Source: Octopus sinensis (taxonomy: Eukaryota). From it: a stretch of DNA of 64,000 bases. The stretch covers positions 99,052 to 163,051 of the forward strand of contig NW_021833274.1 in the NCBI RefSeq assembly GCF_006345805.1. The letters are read 5' to 3'. The notes beneath the pieces are model-generated. The model made no database searches and was not told where the DNA came from. It saw nothing but the letters and a program-made list of their open reading frames with translations. Both the position numbers and the translations under genes were made by a program. This document shows, piece by piece, positions 12,991 to 25,598 of this stretch (the first letter of the stretch is position 1; the number at the start of each line of letters is the position of its first letter).

Positions 12991-14943
12991 GGAACTAAGT
13001 CTTTGGGCCAGGAACTACGCCCGTTTCAGTTGGGCGTCGGTGTCCGCGGCGGCTGTGAAGCTGCTGTCCATGCCGCAAGAAAGTTTATTCCGCCTCGTCC
13101 GAAAGGCCGGATAACGCCTCTGTACTCGTGAAGCTAGACTTGACAAATGCCTTCAACAGTCTTCGTCGGGACTGTATTCTCGAAACTTGCTACCGCCGTG
13201 CTTCCTCAATTGCCCGCTTGGTATCTATGGCTTACTCCAAGCCAAGCCTTCTTATTGCGATGACCAAATCCTACATTCCAGCAACGGTGTTCAACAGGGC
13301 GACCCACTTGGCCCGTTGCTTTTTGCCCTGACGATCGATCCTGTTGTTCGGAACATCTCATCTCGTTTCAATGTATGGTACCTGGACGACGCTACTATCG
13401 GAGGTCCGGTAGCTTCTGTCCTTAAAGATTTGGAAAATCTGATCCCCTCCCTTAATTCTCTTGGCCTATCCATCAATCCGCTCAAATCCGAAATTGCCAA
13501 TATTGGCTTTACCCCAGAAGATTTTACCTCTGTATTTAATACGTTCTCGAATGTCCTTCCAAATATCCGCAGGACCTTGATTGAAAATTTGAAAATCTTA
13601 GGGTCCCCTATATCTAATCTGGGTGTTGAATCATCCCTATATGCTAAAACATCCTCGCTGGTGGCAAACATCCTCGCTGGTGGCAATTTCTAACAAACTA
13701 GCAAAAATCGATTCCCATTCCGGCCTGTTTTTCCTACGCAATTGTTTTGCAATTCCAAGCTTCTATTTATCCTCAGAAGTGCCCCATGTTTCTTTAACCT
13801 GAGGGCTCTCGAATCATTTGATTTTTCGCTTAAATCCAGCTTGGAGTCCATTTGCAATATTACCCTCGATGAGATCGGTTGGCAACAGGCCATCCTTCCT
13901 ATAAGCCATGGCGGTATTGGTATCCGATCATCTGTCGACCTTTCTATCCCGGCGTACTTATCTTCAGTTAATGCGACAAATGATCTGGTCCAGGAGATTC
14001 TCCAATCCGTAACCGAATCATCTATGGACACAGAGTCGGTCGCCGCAGAAAGTTGCTGGAAAGGGATGTCTCTGGAAATCCCGGAGAATACGCACGCCCA
14101 AGGCAATGGGACCGGATCCTTTGCGACCACAAGATAAACAGCCTCAAGCCGAAACTCAATCACATCGCTTGGCGTGCTTATTGGCCGCCTCGCAACCATA
14201 CTCCGGTGCATGCTTACAGCAATCCCTATGGCGTCAATCGGCACCTAATGGACAACGACTGTGTAGGATTTCCGTCTCTCTCCGCCTCGGACTTCCCATT
14301 TGCAAAACACAACCAGTGCCGCTGCGGTTTAAGAGTGGACCCTTATGGCCATCATCCCCTCTCCTGCTCACGTAGTGCCGGACGTTTCCCACGACACGCC
14401 GCCATCAACGACACCGTGAGCCGTGCCCTAACGACGGCGGGGTTTCCTAATGAGCTCGAACCAGTCGGGCTCGACAGAGGCGACGGTAAGCGCCCGGATG
14501 GCATGACAATCTTCCCGTTTGAAAAGGGGAAATGCCTTATCTGGGACGCACCTGCTCCGACACTTTCTCGCCAAGAATCTAATTGCCTCCGCTGCGGAAC
14601 CGGGCTCAGTTGCAAAGCAGGCGGAACTAACAAAACAGAAGAAGTACCGGGTCCTGGCCATGAATCACCTATTCGCTGCAGTCGCGGTGGAAACCTCTGG
14701 AGTCATCGGTCCGCAGACGCTATCGTTTCTCCGTCGCCTTGGATCTAAGCTCGTGGTTGCCACGAAAGATCCCAACGAGTCGATCAGACTCTTTCAAAGG
14801 ATCTCATTGGCCATCATGCGCGGGAATTGCCAGTCGATTCGCTGCGCATTTTAACTCTTTTCGTTCATCTTAATAATAAAATGGTATGGTGTGTGTCTGT
14901 CTGTCTGTCTGTCTGTGTGTGCACACCAACTTCAAATTGGCAA

Positions 14944-15830
14944 TACGATGTCCTCGACTTACATGATGAGGTCCTTAAAACCTTCCCCCCAAAAAAATTA
15001 AAAAAAAATTTTCTGCATTTTGGTTAAAATGAACAACTACAATGTCCTCGACTTACATGATGAAGTCCTTAAAACCTTCCCCCCAAAAAAAATTAAAAAA
15101 AAATTTTCTGCATTGGTTAAAATGAACAACTACAATGTCCTCGACTTACATGATGAAGTCCTTAAAACCTTCCCCCCAAAAAAAATTAAAAAAAATTTTC
15201 TGCATTTTGGTTAAAATGAACAACTACGATGTCCTCGACTTACATGACGAGGTCCTTAAAACCTTCCCCCAAAAAAAATTAAAAAAAAATTTTCTGCATT
15301 TTGGTTAAAATGAACAACTACAATGTCCTCGACTTACATGATGAAGTCCTTAAAACCTTCCCCCCAAAAAAAATTAAAAAAAATTTTCTGCATTTTGGTT
15401 AAAATGAACAACTACAATGTCCGACTTACATGATGAAGTCCTTAAAACCTTCCCCCCAAAAAAATTAAACAAAAATTTTCTGCATTTTGGTTAAAATGAA
15501 CAACTACAATGTCCTCGACTTACATGATGAAGTCCTTAAAACCTTCCCCCCAAAAAAATTAAAAAAAAATTTTCTGCATTTTGGTTAAAATGAACAACTA
15601 CAATGTCCTCAACTTACATGATGAAGTCCTTAAAACCTTCCCCCCAAAAAAATTAAAAAAAAATTTTCTGCATTTTGGTTAAAATGAACAACTACAATGT
15701 CCTCGACTTACATGATGAAGTCCTTAAAACCTTCCCCCAAAAAATCAAAAAATTATTTTCTGCATTTTGATCAAAATTAACAACGCGAATGTCCTCGACA
15801 TTCATGATGAGGTCCATTAAAACCTTCAAG
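14944..15830 (+). repeat. ~94-bp minisatellite: 9 full units + 1 degenerate unit
   Basis: Unit starts at 14944, 15038, 15131, 15225, 15319, 15413, 15505, 15599, 15693 and ~15786. Variation is mostly in C and A run length. No spacers. Confidence 0.95.
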
Positions 15831-16035
15831 GCAAAATCTCACGTATTAAGAATATCCTTGATGAAAACGACAGCGAGAATATTAACAATGATGAACTCCC
15901 AATTATTCGCGATAAAGAAATTCAATTCATCCTATGTTTTTCTCTTTAAAATTAAATGCATATATCATTATCGACCATGAATCAAAATTAAAGCTATATC
16001 ATATTTGACTTTGACAGAATGTGCAATCACAGATT

Positions 16036-16240
16036 GCACGACTTTGAATAGAGTGTGCAATTAACAGATTTTGAAAAACCACTTTGATAGTTGAAACCAC
16101 ATTAGCACAATCATTAACACAATTTACCACCAATTGACGCACGACCTTGAATAGAGTGTGCAATTAACAGATTTTGAAAAACACTTTGATAGTTGAAACC
16201 ACATTAGCACAACCATTAACACAATTTACCACCAATTGAC
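16036..16240 (+). repeat. 2 x ~103-bp tandem duplication inside the Helitron
   Basis: gcacgac(t/c)ttgaatagagtgtgcaattaacagatt...ccaccaattgac occurs twice. The same duplication is present in copy 2 (~59149-59352). Confidence 0.9.
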
Positions 16241-18129
16241 AGCGCAATCAGAAGAATTGCGTAAAAATATTAACTATTTACTTGAGTTTTTCGTAAAGAT
16301 AGAATTTATTTTCGGTATGCCTCTTTTCCTAAACTTTTTTATTATTCAAAAATAATTTTTTAAATAGATAACCGAAGGAGGAAAAACGAAGCTGAAGAAA
16401 AAACGGTCAGCTTAATAAGGTAATTAATTAAATCTTTTTTGTGTGTCGCTTTCTTGCCTGCCGCATCTCCCCTGCCGCATTTCCGCCAGTAAAAAAAAAA
16501 AAAATAAAAAAGAAAAAAAAGGAAATTACAAAGGAAAAATGAAAAAATTAAATATAAAAAAAAATAAACCACAAAAAATGAAAAAAAAGTTTGCAATGAC
16601 AATAAACAAGGCCCAGGGACAGTCATTAAAGGTAGTTGGGTTATTTTTAGAGAGTGAGTGCTTTTCACATGGACAGCTGTATGTGGGATGCTCGAGGGTA
16701 GGCAGAAGAGAAAATTTATTCATATATGCCAAGGAAGGACGGACGACAAACATCGTTTATCAACAGGCGATAGAATAGGGTTACATTAAACCAGGTAGTT
16801 TTATACATCTACATAAACTTATAGTTGTTTGATGAAACAGGCCCTCCGCAGGAGCTAGGTCGCGGTGAGCGAAGCGAGCTGCCGAGCTAGTTAACAATAA
16901 GTTTGTCATTTAAAAAAAAAAAAAAAAATTTAATCCTTTTTCCTCAAAGAACAATTTCGGTCCTGTAAAAGGCAATACAATGCTTCGGCTCCTGGACTAT
17001 TATTCCCTTTTGCATTTTTATAGTATAAATTAATGAAGATATCTTTGATGTAAAATATCAGTAACCCTCTCTAAAAGTGACACGAAGTGTCCTAAATAAA
17101 ATATTTTTTTCTTTTGAAAGAAAATTCGTCATTCTGTAGTGTTTTTTCTGTTCTTCGCTAAGATTCATCCACGTTCTAGTTGAGAGTGGAATTTATCAGT
17201 ACGGAAATATTGGTTGAGTTCAGAATGTCGCAAAGTGCGTCAAAATTCGTGTTGGGATGACAGGAAGTGATAGCCTAGCTCGTCCGTCTGTACGCCGCAT
17301 GGACCTAATGAAACATGCCGTTTATGAAACCTACGGCCGAATAAAAGCAAGGAAACTCGACACACTAGATTATATTCCCATCTTCACTTTGGATTTTATA
17401 CAGTGGGCGCAAAAAAACCGGTTTTCCAATTTCTCAAATTTTTTATATTGTACATGTCAATTTTTTTAATTTGTAATTCTCATAAAGTAAACTCTTATGC
17501 GTTTTTTTAATTATTGTTTTTATTTTTTCTAAGGGATACTTAGAATTTAAATTTACTACGCGCAAAAAAAACCGGCTGTATTAATTATTTTTTAATAAAT
17601 TATTTAAAGAGGTTTTGAATGTTACTTTTTATCTTGTAGTTTCCATTTCGTGGCTGTGACTACGATGCTGTTATAAAAGCAATACTTAATGAAGAACTAG
17701 ATTATTTTTTACTCCAACTCCACTTCCCCGAGAAAGTAAATTTTGAAACTATAAATATTTTGAAAACAGTAATGTCGATTTTATATTTTAGTTGTTCGTT
17801 TAGAATCCGAAAAAGCGTCTTGGTAGTTCGCGAAATGGAATTCCTGAGATCATCGCCTATCCCTTTTTTATGGTACTCACATTTGCCAAGATAATTTTCA
17901 TTATAGAACCTGGACATACAAGCTATTCGTACAAAAACCATATTAATGATTCCGGGAAATACACCAACCACACGTGAGTGAACATACAGCTATCCACGCC
18001 TCTTTAAAATTAGTTTAACATTTATTTTTGGCATTTTTAATCTTATTTATTTTTCTTTCAAAGCCTAGTCGATCAATAGTTTATTTTTTGAAATATATGT
18101 GACAGATACATTGATACTTTTAATTATTT

Positions 18130-21100
18130 GTTATGAATCTCCATTTGGGGCAGACCTCTGGCTTGGGGAACCTCTATTTTTGGGGAAACCCTATTTTTTG
18201 GGTAGTTTGAAAAGGATATAATTTTTTTTGCGGTAATTTCCAAATTAGAAATTACCGGAACCTCTAGTGGCACAGGATTTTAATTTATATACATATTTGC
18301 TATTAAAATTAAATTTCAATAAGTTTAATTTCTTGTGGTGTCGTGTATGTCTGTTTTCACCAGTCTGCAAGCAAATCCTGAGGGCTCTCTTACAAAAGAT
18401 ATTAGAGATAACCAACAACTATTGGTAAGAAGCAAGTCTTCGGGGCTACATGATCCCCATGAAATTTGTGGAAACTCTCCTACCGAACATGTCTCACCCC
18501 ATCTAATCCCTCTTAAATCGGTGATCGGTGAGGAACACTCTAACGACAAAGTCAAATGGATTTCTGGTGTTGTGGAGTCAGCGAAGAGACGATTTGGCAG
18601 AATTCCTCGTGGGGATGGAGACTTATTGCCGAATGTTTCAACGTCCGCTTTCTCACTCAAAAGAGTGTCTCTGATGTGAAAAACTTACTGAATGTAAAGC
18701 CCTGCTCTAATGGCTGTGGCAGTCGAAATAATGTGGATACCTCAGATTACTTATTGCCAAAGACAGAAATCTCCATTTATGGTAAATGCAAGGAAGAGTT
18801 TAATCTCCAAATTCAGGAACTTAAGTCAATCCCACGAAATGCGAGAATGCCCACAAAGAAGATTCCGTATAAATTGCTAAAGACTGATGTTCTTGTCGCA
18901 ATTAATGCAGTGATTTCGAACTATATATTATCTTCTCCGCCTGCAAGCATAAATGAAATCACGGATATAATTTATGCCGGGCAATGCTCATATGAAAACA
19001 TTACGAGGCAACCCCTAACAAAAAGCACATGGCTTGAGGATACGGAAAGAAAGATTTCCAAACTTAGAGAAAATCTAACTTTCGTTAATAAGTTTAATGG
19101 CCAGCAATCTAAAGACGAAAAAGAGAAGACACTGAACATTTTATGCTCGTTTGGATACAAAAAATCCAGAAAGGGAGAGCTGGCACGCGTATCTAGTCTT
19201 ATTGAAGATAGAGTCAAAATTATGGAGAAAAAAATCTCAACCTATCGCTCCAGAAAGTCGTTTAGACAAGATAATTTCTGTTTTGAACTAAACAGGAGAA
19301 GATTCTATCGAAGACTGAACTGTGAAAACAAAGATTCTGATTGTCAAGTCCCAGAAGATAAGTGTCTATCTTTCTGGAAGGGCGTATGGAAGAAAGAGGA
19401 GAACCGTGCTCCTAAAGCTATTGTTGGTAAGCATATTACTGGAGCTGAACAGCTTCCAAGTGACGTGAAAACTGATTTTATCAAGAATGTTATCCAGTGT
19501 GTACCCAATTGGAAAGCCGCGGGTTGTGACGGAGTTTATGGATTTTTTATCAAAAAGTTCGAAGCTCTTCATGGCCATTTGTGCGATGAGATCCTTAAAA
19601 TTGTGAACGGAGGCTATTCCCCTGCTGAGTGGTTTTACACAGGAGTAACATACCTCATTCCAAAAAATGAAAAGTGCCATTCCCCAAATGACTTAAGGCC
19701 GATTACCTGCATGCCTATATTGTACAAACTTGTCACTAAATGTGTGAATACAAAGCTTACAGACTATATCGAAGCGTTTAACCTTATCTCGGATAATCAG
19801 CTGGGAGCTAGAAGGCAATGCCAAGGCGCAAAGGAACAAGCACTAATAAACCAGTGTGTCAATAGTGAGTATGGAAATAACTTATTTGCAACGTGGATCG
19901 ATGTCAGAAAGGCATTTGATTCTGTCAATCATGAATTCTTATGTCAAGTGCTTGATCAGTCTGGAATTCCGAATTGGATCACAAATTTTGTGAAAACTTT
20001 AATCAAAAATTGGAATGTCATTTTGACACTTAACAATAAGAGAATTGGAACTGTAAAATTGGAAAGAGGAATCTTACAAGGAGACTCACTCTCTCCACAA
20101 CTCTTCACTCTGGTAATGGATCCGTTAAGTAGGAGCTTGAATATGAAGTTCCCGAAGGTGCGTATAGGTCAAAATGACCCGTTCACGGTTTCATATTCAA
20201 CAAACCATTTGTTGTTTATTGACGACCTGAAAATAATTGCTGAGAAAGAAGACACCGTTCTAAAAATGATGGAAGATGTCGATGAATATTTTGATGCCGT
20301 TGGCCTCAAGAGGAACTCGGAAAAGTCTGCGACTAACCTGGACTATGTGAAAGATACAAAATGTCTGGATGGGTGTGCTGGGTATCGATACCTGGGAGTC
20401 TTGGAGGATAGAGGAAGTGATGTCAAGAAAATCGAGGTAATGAAAACAATTGCTCGAAACGTGAAAGAGAGAATCGAGAGTCTTGCAAAAACAAAGTTAA
20501 GTGCAGTAAACCTCTTTAAAGCGATAAACGAATATGCACTCTCTCTACAACTACTATATCGGATTGATCGACATTGAACCGAGTGAGTTTGATGCCATTG
20601 ATCTGGTAATTCGTCGCATTCTAACTACTTTACGAATCCATCTGAAGCCCGCTAATAAAGAAAGATTATATCTCGGCAGAAATGGTTTTGGAAGAGGCTT
20701 AATCTCAATTTCCAATAAGAGCGAATGCATCCTGCTCCAATTTCTCTCCGACCTTGAAAGAAAAGCCTCGTTGTGCCTCAGAAGAGCAGGAATCTTGCGG
20801 GTCTTGAGAGAAAAGAAAACACATATGACCACGATTGCAAGATTTCTCGCTCTCAAGTACAATCTGGAAGACCAATCAAAATTGGATGTAAACCTTATTA
20901 AGGAGTGCCAGAAGAAAAGACTAATGGACACCATTAAATCTAAGATGATACATTCAACGCTGTTTAAATGCATTCAGGAACCGAGTGCTGATATCGTGGA
21001 GTCCAATGTATGGCTAGCCAATGGGAACAATGGCCCAAAGGCCGAGGCACTATATTGCTTGGCCCAGGATCGCAATTTGTTTTTCGGAGAGGCAAAGCCT

Positions 21101-22658
21101 AATTGTAACCATTGCGGCTCGGCAAGAAAAACCGTGGATCACCTAGCTACTCGATGTAGCAGAATGCTTCACGGGTCATACATGCGAAGACACAATGAAA
21201 TTGTCAGATGCATACATCTACACGTCTGTCGTCAGTACGGAATAAAGAAATGCAAGAAATTGAAAGCACACTCAGTCCAGTCGGTCGTGGAAAATAGTCG
21301 TGTTGAAATACGAGTAGACATGACGTTGCAGACCGACATTGAAGTTAAAAACAACAAGCCAGACATTTTCGTGCTTGATAAAATGAAAAATGAGATAACG
21401 ATAATCGAAGTCGGGGTCACATCCCAGGACAGGTTAAAGCAAGTCGAAGTAGAGAAACTCCACAAGTATGATCTACTTGCTGGAGAATTGGCACAGATTC
21501 ACAAGGCAAAAGTCACGATAGTCCCTGTCGTATTGACATGGGATGGGGTAGTGACCAAGTTCTATAAGTCCTACATGAAAAAGTTGAATATAGAGGTCCC
21601 GACTAAGGCGTACATTCAATCAGTGACAATCAAGAAAACCCTGGAGAGCATGGTCGTTGAATACAAACATGGCATGAAGGTCGACAACTACCAAATTGAG
21701 AAGGAAACGGATAGTCTTATCGCTAGAGGAGAAGAACTGGGAGTGTCAGTTGACTTGCCAGAGGAGTCTGCTTTCTTACTGCAATACGAAGAGGAGAGGT
21801 GTCAAGACATGACCGGTCAACGGAGTAGTTCCCCTAAGAGAAGAGAGAATATCAATTAATTTTTAATTTTCGTTTAATTTTTGTAATTGTCTAACGAAAA
21901 AAAAAAAAAAATTAAAATTAAAATTAATTATATAAAATTTCATTGAAGCCTCGTGTAATTTTTGTATTCTTGTTGTTATGGCTCGTAAGCTTAGTCCTTG
22001 AGTTAAAGATCAAAATTGCCAAGGAATTAAGTGAAAATAAACATCTTACTGAACGAGATATGAGATAGTACAAAATTAGTAAAGGTTTTTTATTAATGTA
22101 ATTTTCAGGCGCTGTGTCACGTATTAAAAAAATTATCAAGGTGCGATCGGCAACAGATTCCTAGTTCAAATTTTTTAGTTAACAGTGAGAAAGAAAATTT
22201 GGACACGATAATTGCAGACGTAATTGCTGAAAATGAAGAAGAAAATAATGATGAGTCAATATATGACCAAACTGAATGCAACTGTTCACACTTGGACACG
22301 ATAACAGCAATGAATAACCTTGAAGAGAATATTCACCGTTTGTTTCCCGATGCGTTAAAAGACTATTACAATTTCAGAAAAATATTGGGCATACATATGA
22401 AGAAATCTGCAACAGGAAACAAAATAACAGATTATTTTCGTGTAATAGAATAACTCTAATTATCAATAAAATTAGTGGAAAACATGTTAAATGTTCTTAA
22501 AAATACTTATTTATTTTATTTTAATAAATAATGAAAAATATGCTAAAACTATTAAAATTTTTATAAAAATAAAGAAAATTTCAGACCTCCATTTTTGGGG
22601 AAACCTCTATTTTTGGGGCAATTTTTCAAAATTGATGCCCCAAATGGAGGTTATACTG
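18130..22658 (+). mobile_element. pogo/Tigger-type DNA transposon deletion derivative, interrupted by the R4-like element
   Basis: 14-bp inverted repeat ctccatttggggca (18139-18152) / tgccccaaatggag (22636-22649); right end CTG|TA. Degenerate ORF from ATG 21978 encodes a CENP-B-like HTH (LELKIKIAKEL...YKISK-GAVSRIKK after removing a 24-nt intron) and a Tigger-type C-terminus KITDYF (22199-22453). Left terminus poorly conserved. Confidence 0.65.
18314..21910 (+). mobile_element. R4/Dong-like RT-RLE non-LTR retrotransposon, near full length (~1170 aa if two slips are corrected)
   Basis: RT motifs WKAAGCDG, LRPITCMPILYK, WIDVRKAFDSVNH, GILQGDSLSPQLF, HLLFIDDLK, YRYLGV. CCHC finger CNHC...HLATRC and RLE NNKPDIFV...IIEVGVTS...EKLHKYD. 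Poly(A) at 21897-21911. Candidate 12-bp TSD attaaaattaaa (18302-18313 / 21911-21922). Frameshifts at the G4 run 18611-18614 and the (CT)4 run 20539-20546. Confidence 0.9.
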
Positions 22659-23475
22659 TATTTCCATAATTACGAATATAGTATCTCATTTTAAATACAA
22701 AATTAAAAAATATTTTTTGAGAATCTACATATAATTTCTTTAAATGGTATGGTGGTACGATGGTATCTAAATTCCACTTTCGTCTGGCAGCTAAATTCCA
22801 CTTTCGTAAGTTAGTAATTAAAAGCTACTTTTTGAAAATTAATATTAAATTCTAGAAACGATAATTCATTTTTCCAATTTTTATATTATTTCCGATGTGA
22901 TTTTTCACCAAAGCTTGCTTGATACCTATGATTTTCTAACCATCACTTATCTTCATATTGTTTTTTTAGCAGATTCTTTGTAGTATTCATTGTTTGGTAA
23001 TATGCAATAAAATTAAAGTGTTTAACTTCAGTTTGGTAGTATTTCAAATGAAAAAATTGTAATAAAATTAAAAAAATCATTGTGATAATCGTGGAAAACA
23101 CATGTTTAACACATTTTCATGAATTTATCAGAACGGAATGATTTTTAATTGACAATATTTTTTAGCACTGTTAACATAAGAAGTTCAAAATTTATTTTTG
23201 CGGTTTTAAAAGCAAATTCTGAAAAAACCAATAAGTTCCAATCGAAGTGTTTAGAATCCGAATAAAAATTTCACTTTATAAAAATTTATATTCGAATGAA
23301 TTTGGAAAAAAATAACTTCAAAATCAAAAAAATATCAAAACATACTTTATTATGATTGTTTTATTTTTCTGAAATCATATTTAATGATTTGGGTAATTTA
23401 AGTGTTAAAATGCTATTTTACTTTTTATACATTTTTAATAAGAAAATTAATAGTTAATCAGAAACTAAGCAGATC

Positions 23476-23670
23476 TCACTCCAGCTCGCTGATATCCACT
23501 CTCCTTCTCTTGGAAGAAGAGCCTACTTCCAGCTGCCTCTTACTCCCCATTACCACAACTGATTCAACCATTGCATCTTCTTTAGCATTCATTGGGTCGT
23601 CTTCACCATTGCATGCCATCTCCACATACCGGTTGGAAGCAGAAGCGTATTCTTCACCGGATACCTTCAT
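23476..23670 (-). CDS. Small hypothetical protein (64 aa) with a basic NLS-like patch
   Basis: ATG-initiated ORF forming a GC-richer island in very AT-rich flanks; contains SSSKRRRV. No homology recognised. Confidence 0.3.
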   Translation of the reverse strand: MKVSGEEYASASNRYVEMACNGEDDPMNAKEDAMVESVVVMGSKRQLEVGSSSKRRRVDISELE

Positions 23671-23799
23671 TCATTTTTAATATAAAATTGAGTTTACAAT
23701 AATTATTTTTGTACTTTTACTAAAAAATATAATAGTGCTATTTTTAATGCTACTTTTTTAATACTAATTTAAATTGCATTTAATTCTGCATTGCTGAAG

Positions 23800-24250
23800 A
23801 TGGCTTTTTATTTTGTTCTCTTTGTCTATCCGAAGTCAACTGTTCAAAAAAAATTTAGTCGTTTTTATCATCCGTTATACAAATTGAATAATGATTCAAT
23901 CAAAAAATGTTTGAAACATTTAAAATTAACACTCTATCTGAATTTTCATGCAGTTGTGTAATCGATGAACGATACATGTGACATGAAATAACTGAGGGTA
24001 AAGATTTTTAAGTATTTTGTCAGCTAAAACTTAAACATAATTTGATGCATCTGAAATCACAAAAGGAAATTTTCCATTTGAACAAAATTATTTAGAAGTG
24101 CATTGTCGACTATCTGAGTAATGATGTTCTTTTTAGGAGCAGATTCTGTCAGTTTAAACTTTAAACGATATCAGATATGTTGAATTAACAATCCAATCCT
24201 TCAAAATGGCTTTAGCTTCGATTTGATACGATTTTGCTATCTTAATGTAT
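23800..24250 (-). mobile_element. Degenerate hAT (DUF659/CGGBP-type) transposase remnant
   Basis: Minus-strand translation VISDASNYV*VLADKILKNLYPQLFHVTCIVHRLH resembles the hAT core SDAAPYM...YP...HVTC.AH.LH. Confidence 0.55.
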
Positions 24251-25598
24251 TATTAATAGCTAATTTAAAAAATTAAGAAATTATATCAAAAATTATAAAG
24301 TTAAAATAATTTTTTAACTTAGTTGTCACTAAATTTTAAAGTCTAATTAACGAATGAAATTTTGAAAAAACTTTATCTGCTTTATAAAACCAAGATAAAA
24401 AATTCGGATATATTGGAGATCCTTATTTGGCTTCAATTTCAGGATTTTATCCACATTATCTATTCACCTCGTCTTAATCAACTTGATTTTAAAATATCAA
24501 TAAAATTTTATTCTTATAATAAATAATGGATTTTGACTTTTAGAACCAAAGCCAGGTTCAAGTGGAAATGCCATTTAAAATAATAAGAACTAAAAAGGTC
24601 TAATATTTTTTCGAGCCATATGGATAATTTGATGTCAGAATCAAAGTGTATATAAATCAGTTAATCACAAAACAGTATTCATCATGGTCACCATATATAA
24701 TTACTTATTGTACTAAATATTTAAAACTCGTCAGACAAATGCCTCATTATAATCAAGTTTCATATTTTGATATATCATCATTCGAGATAACTAATTTTTT
24801 ACTGGAACACAACAACAAAGAAACAAAGTTGTTAACCACGTTAATATTAGTTTATTTAGAAAAATAAAAAATTAAAGTTAAGAATTATTAGTTTTAAATT
24901 TAAAGTATTAAAAAATTTTGTAAAACACCACGAGTCTTATTTTTAAAAATTCTATGTAAAGCCGGTGGTTTTAAAATATTTCTTTAAAACAGTTTTCATC
25001 AATTTTTAAAGATTTTTTAGTGAGAATTATTAAAATTGATTTTAGCTCAACTGTCTGAAAAGGTCTAATAACAATAATTAAATACTTTATTTTTTAAAGA
25101 GTTTTAGTTTAATATAATTTTGAATGGTGTTACCGACTTGTCGCGTCAATGCTTTCAATAACAAAAAGAAAGGCATATTTTTAAATAATATTGAACTAAC
25201 TTGTTTTTGTAAGTTGCATACATTGTTCAAATTTTTATAACTGTCAATTTCTAGTACTTCAACAATTTTCTTCAGTTCCAGATTACTGCTTCATCTGAAA
25301 AAATCTAATAATCCTTCATATAAAAATATCAATAAATGGGAAAAGAATCGCAATCAAATGTAATGTTTCTAAAAAACTGGTAAACGAGAATGATGGGGTT
25401 TTTACAAAAAAATTATACTTTAAGTTCTAAACCGATAATTATTAGCATTTATATTTTATTTGTGGCAAATATAATATATAACAATCCAGTTTTTGGAATT
25501 TAGCTTCTACCTAAAATTCAGCTACAGAAAACTAGTTTAGTAAACTCAAATCACAAAGCAGTTTTAATAAATTTAAAAAATATGCAAATAATCAGAAA

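Larger units (their letters stand above)
14868..16890 (+). mobile_element. Non-autonomous Helitron (copy 1)
   Basis: 5' TC start, (GTCT)n near the 5' end, PIF1-helicase C-terminal remnant FAMTINKAQGQSL...FSHGQLYVGCSRV, GC-rich subterminal segment and CTAG 3' end. Inserted between A and T with no TSD. Near-identical to 57757-60005. Confidence 0.9.
12991..16928 (+). mobile_element. CRE-like RT-RLE non-LTR retrotransposon, 5'-truncated and frameshifted, with a Helitron nested in its 3' UTR
   Basis: RT motifs LRPFQLGVG, KLDLTNAFNSL, GVQQGDPLGPLLF, WYLDD. RLE motifs [37 protein letters not shown]. Stop at 14852-14854. The 3' UTR resumes at 16891 and ends in an A17 tail (16912-16928). Confidence 0.88.

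Noticed and set aside
13291-14661. Long antisense ORFs over CRE and other GC-rich TEs
   Set aside because: Shadow ORFs of GC-rich coding sequence on the opposite strand.
14944-15830. CRISPR-like array
   Set aside because: The units are contiguous near-identical repeats with no unique spacers, there are no cas genes, and the context is a eukaryotic Helitron.
16443-16778. Cellular PIF1 helicase gene
   Set aside because: Only the last ~60 aa are present, preceded by A-rich low-complexity DNA and lying within Helitron termini.
17398-17582. Small Tc1-like MITE (TA CAG...CTG TA)
   Set aside because: Only ~5 bp of inverted match; the internal gcgcaaaaaaaccgg repeat is direct, not inverted.
17100-18000. 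ORFs 17257-17469 and 17702-17971 as genes
   Set aside because: No recognisable motif and no consistent splice model.
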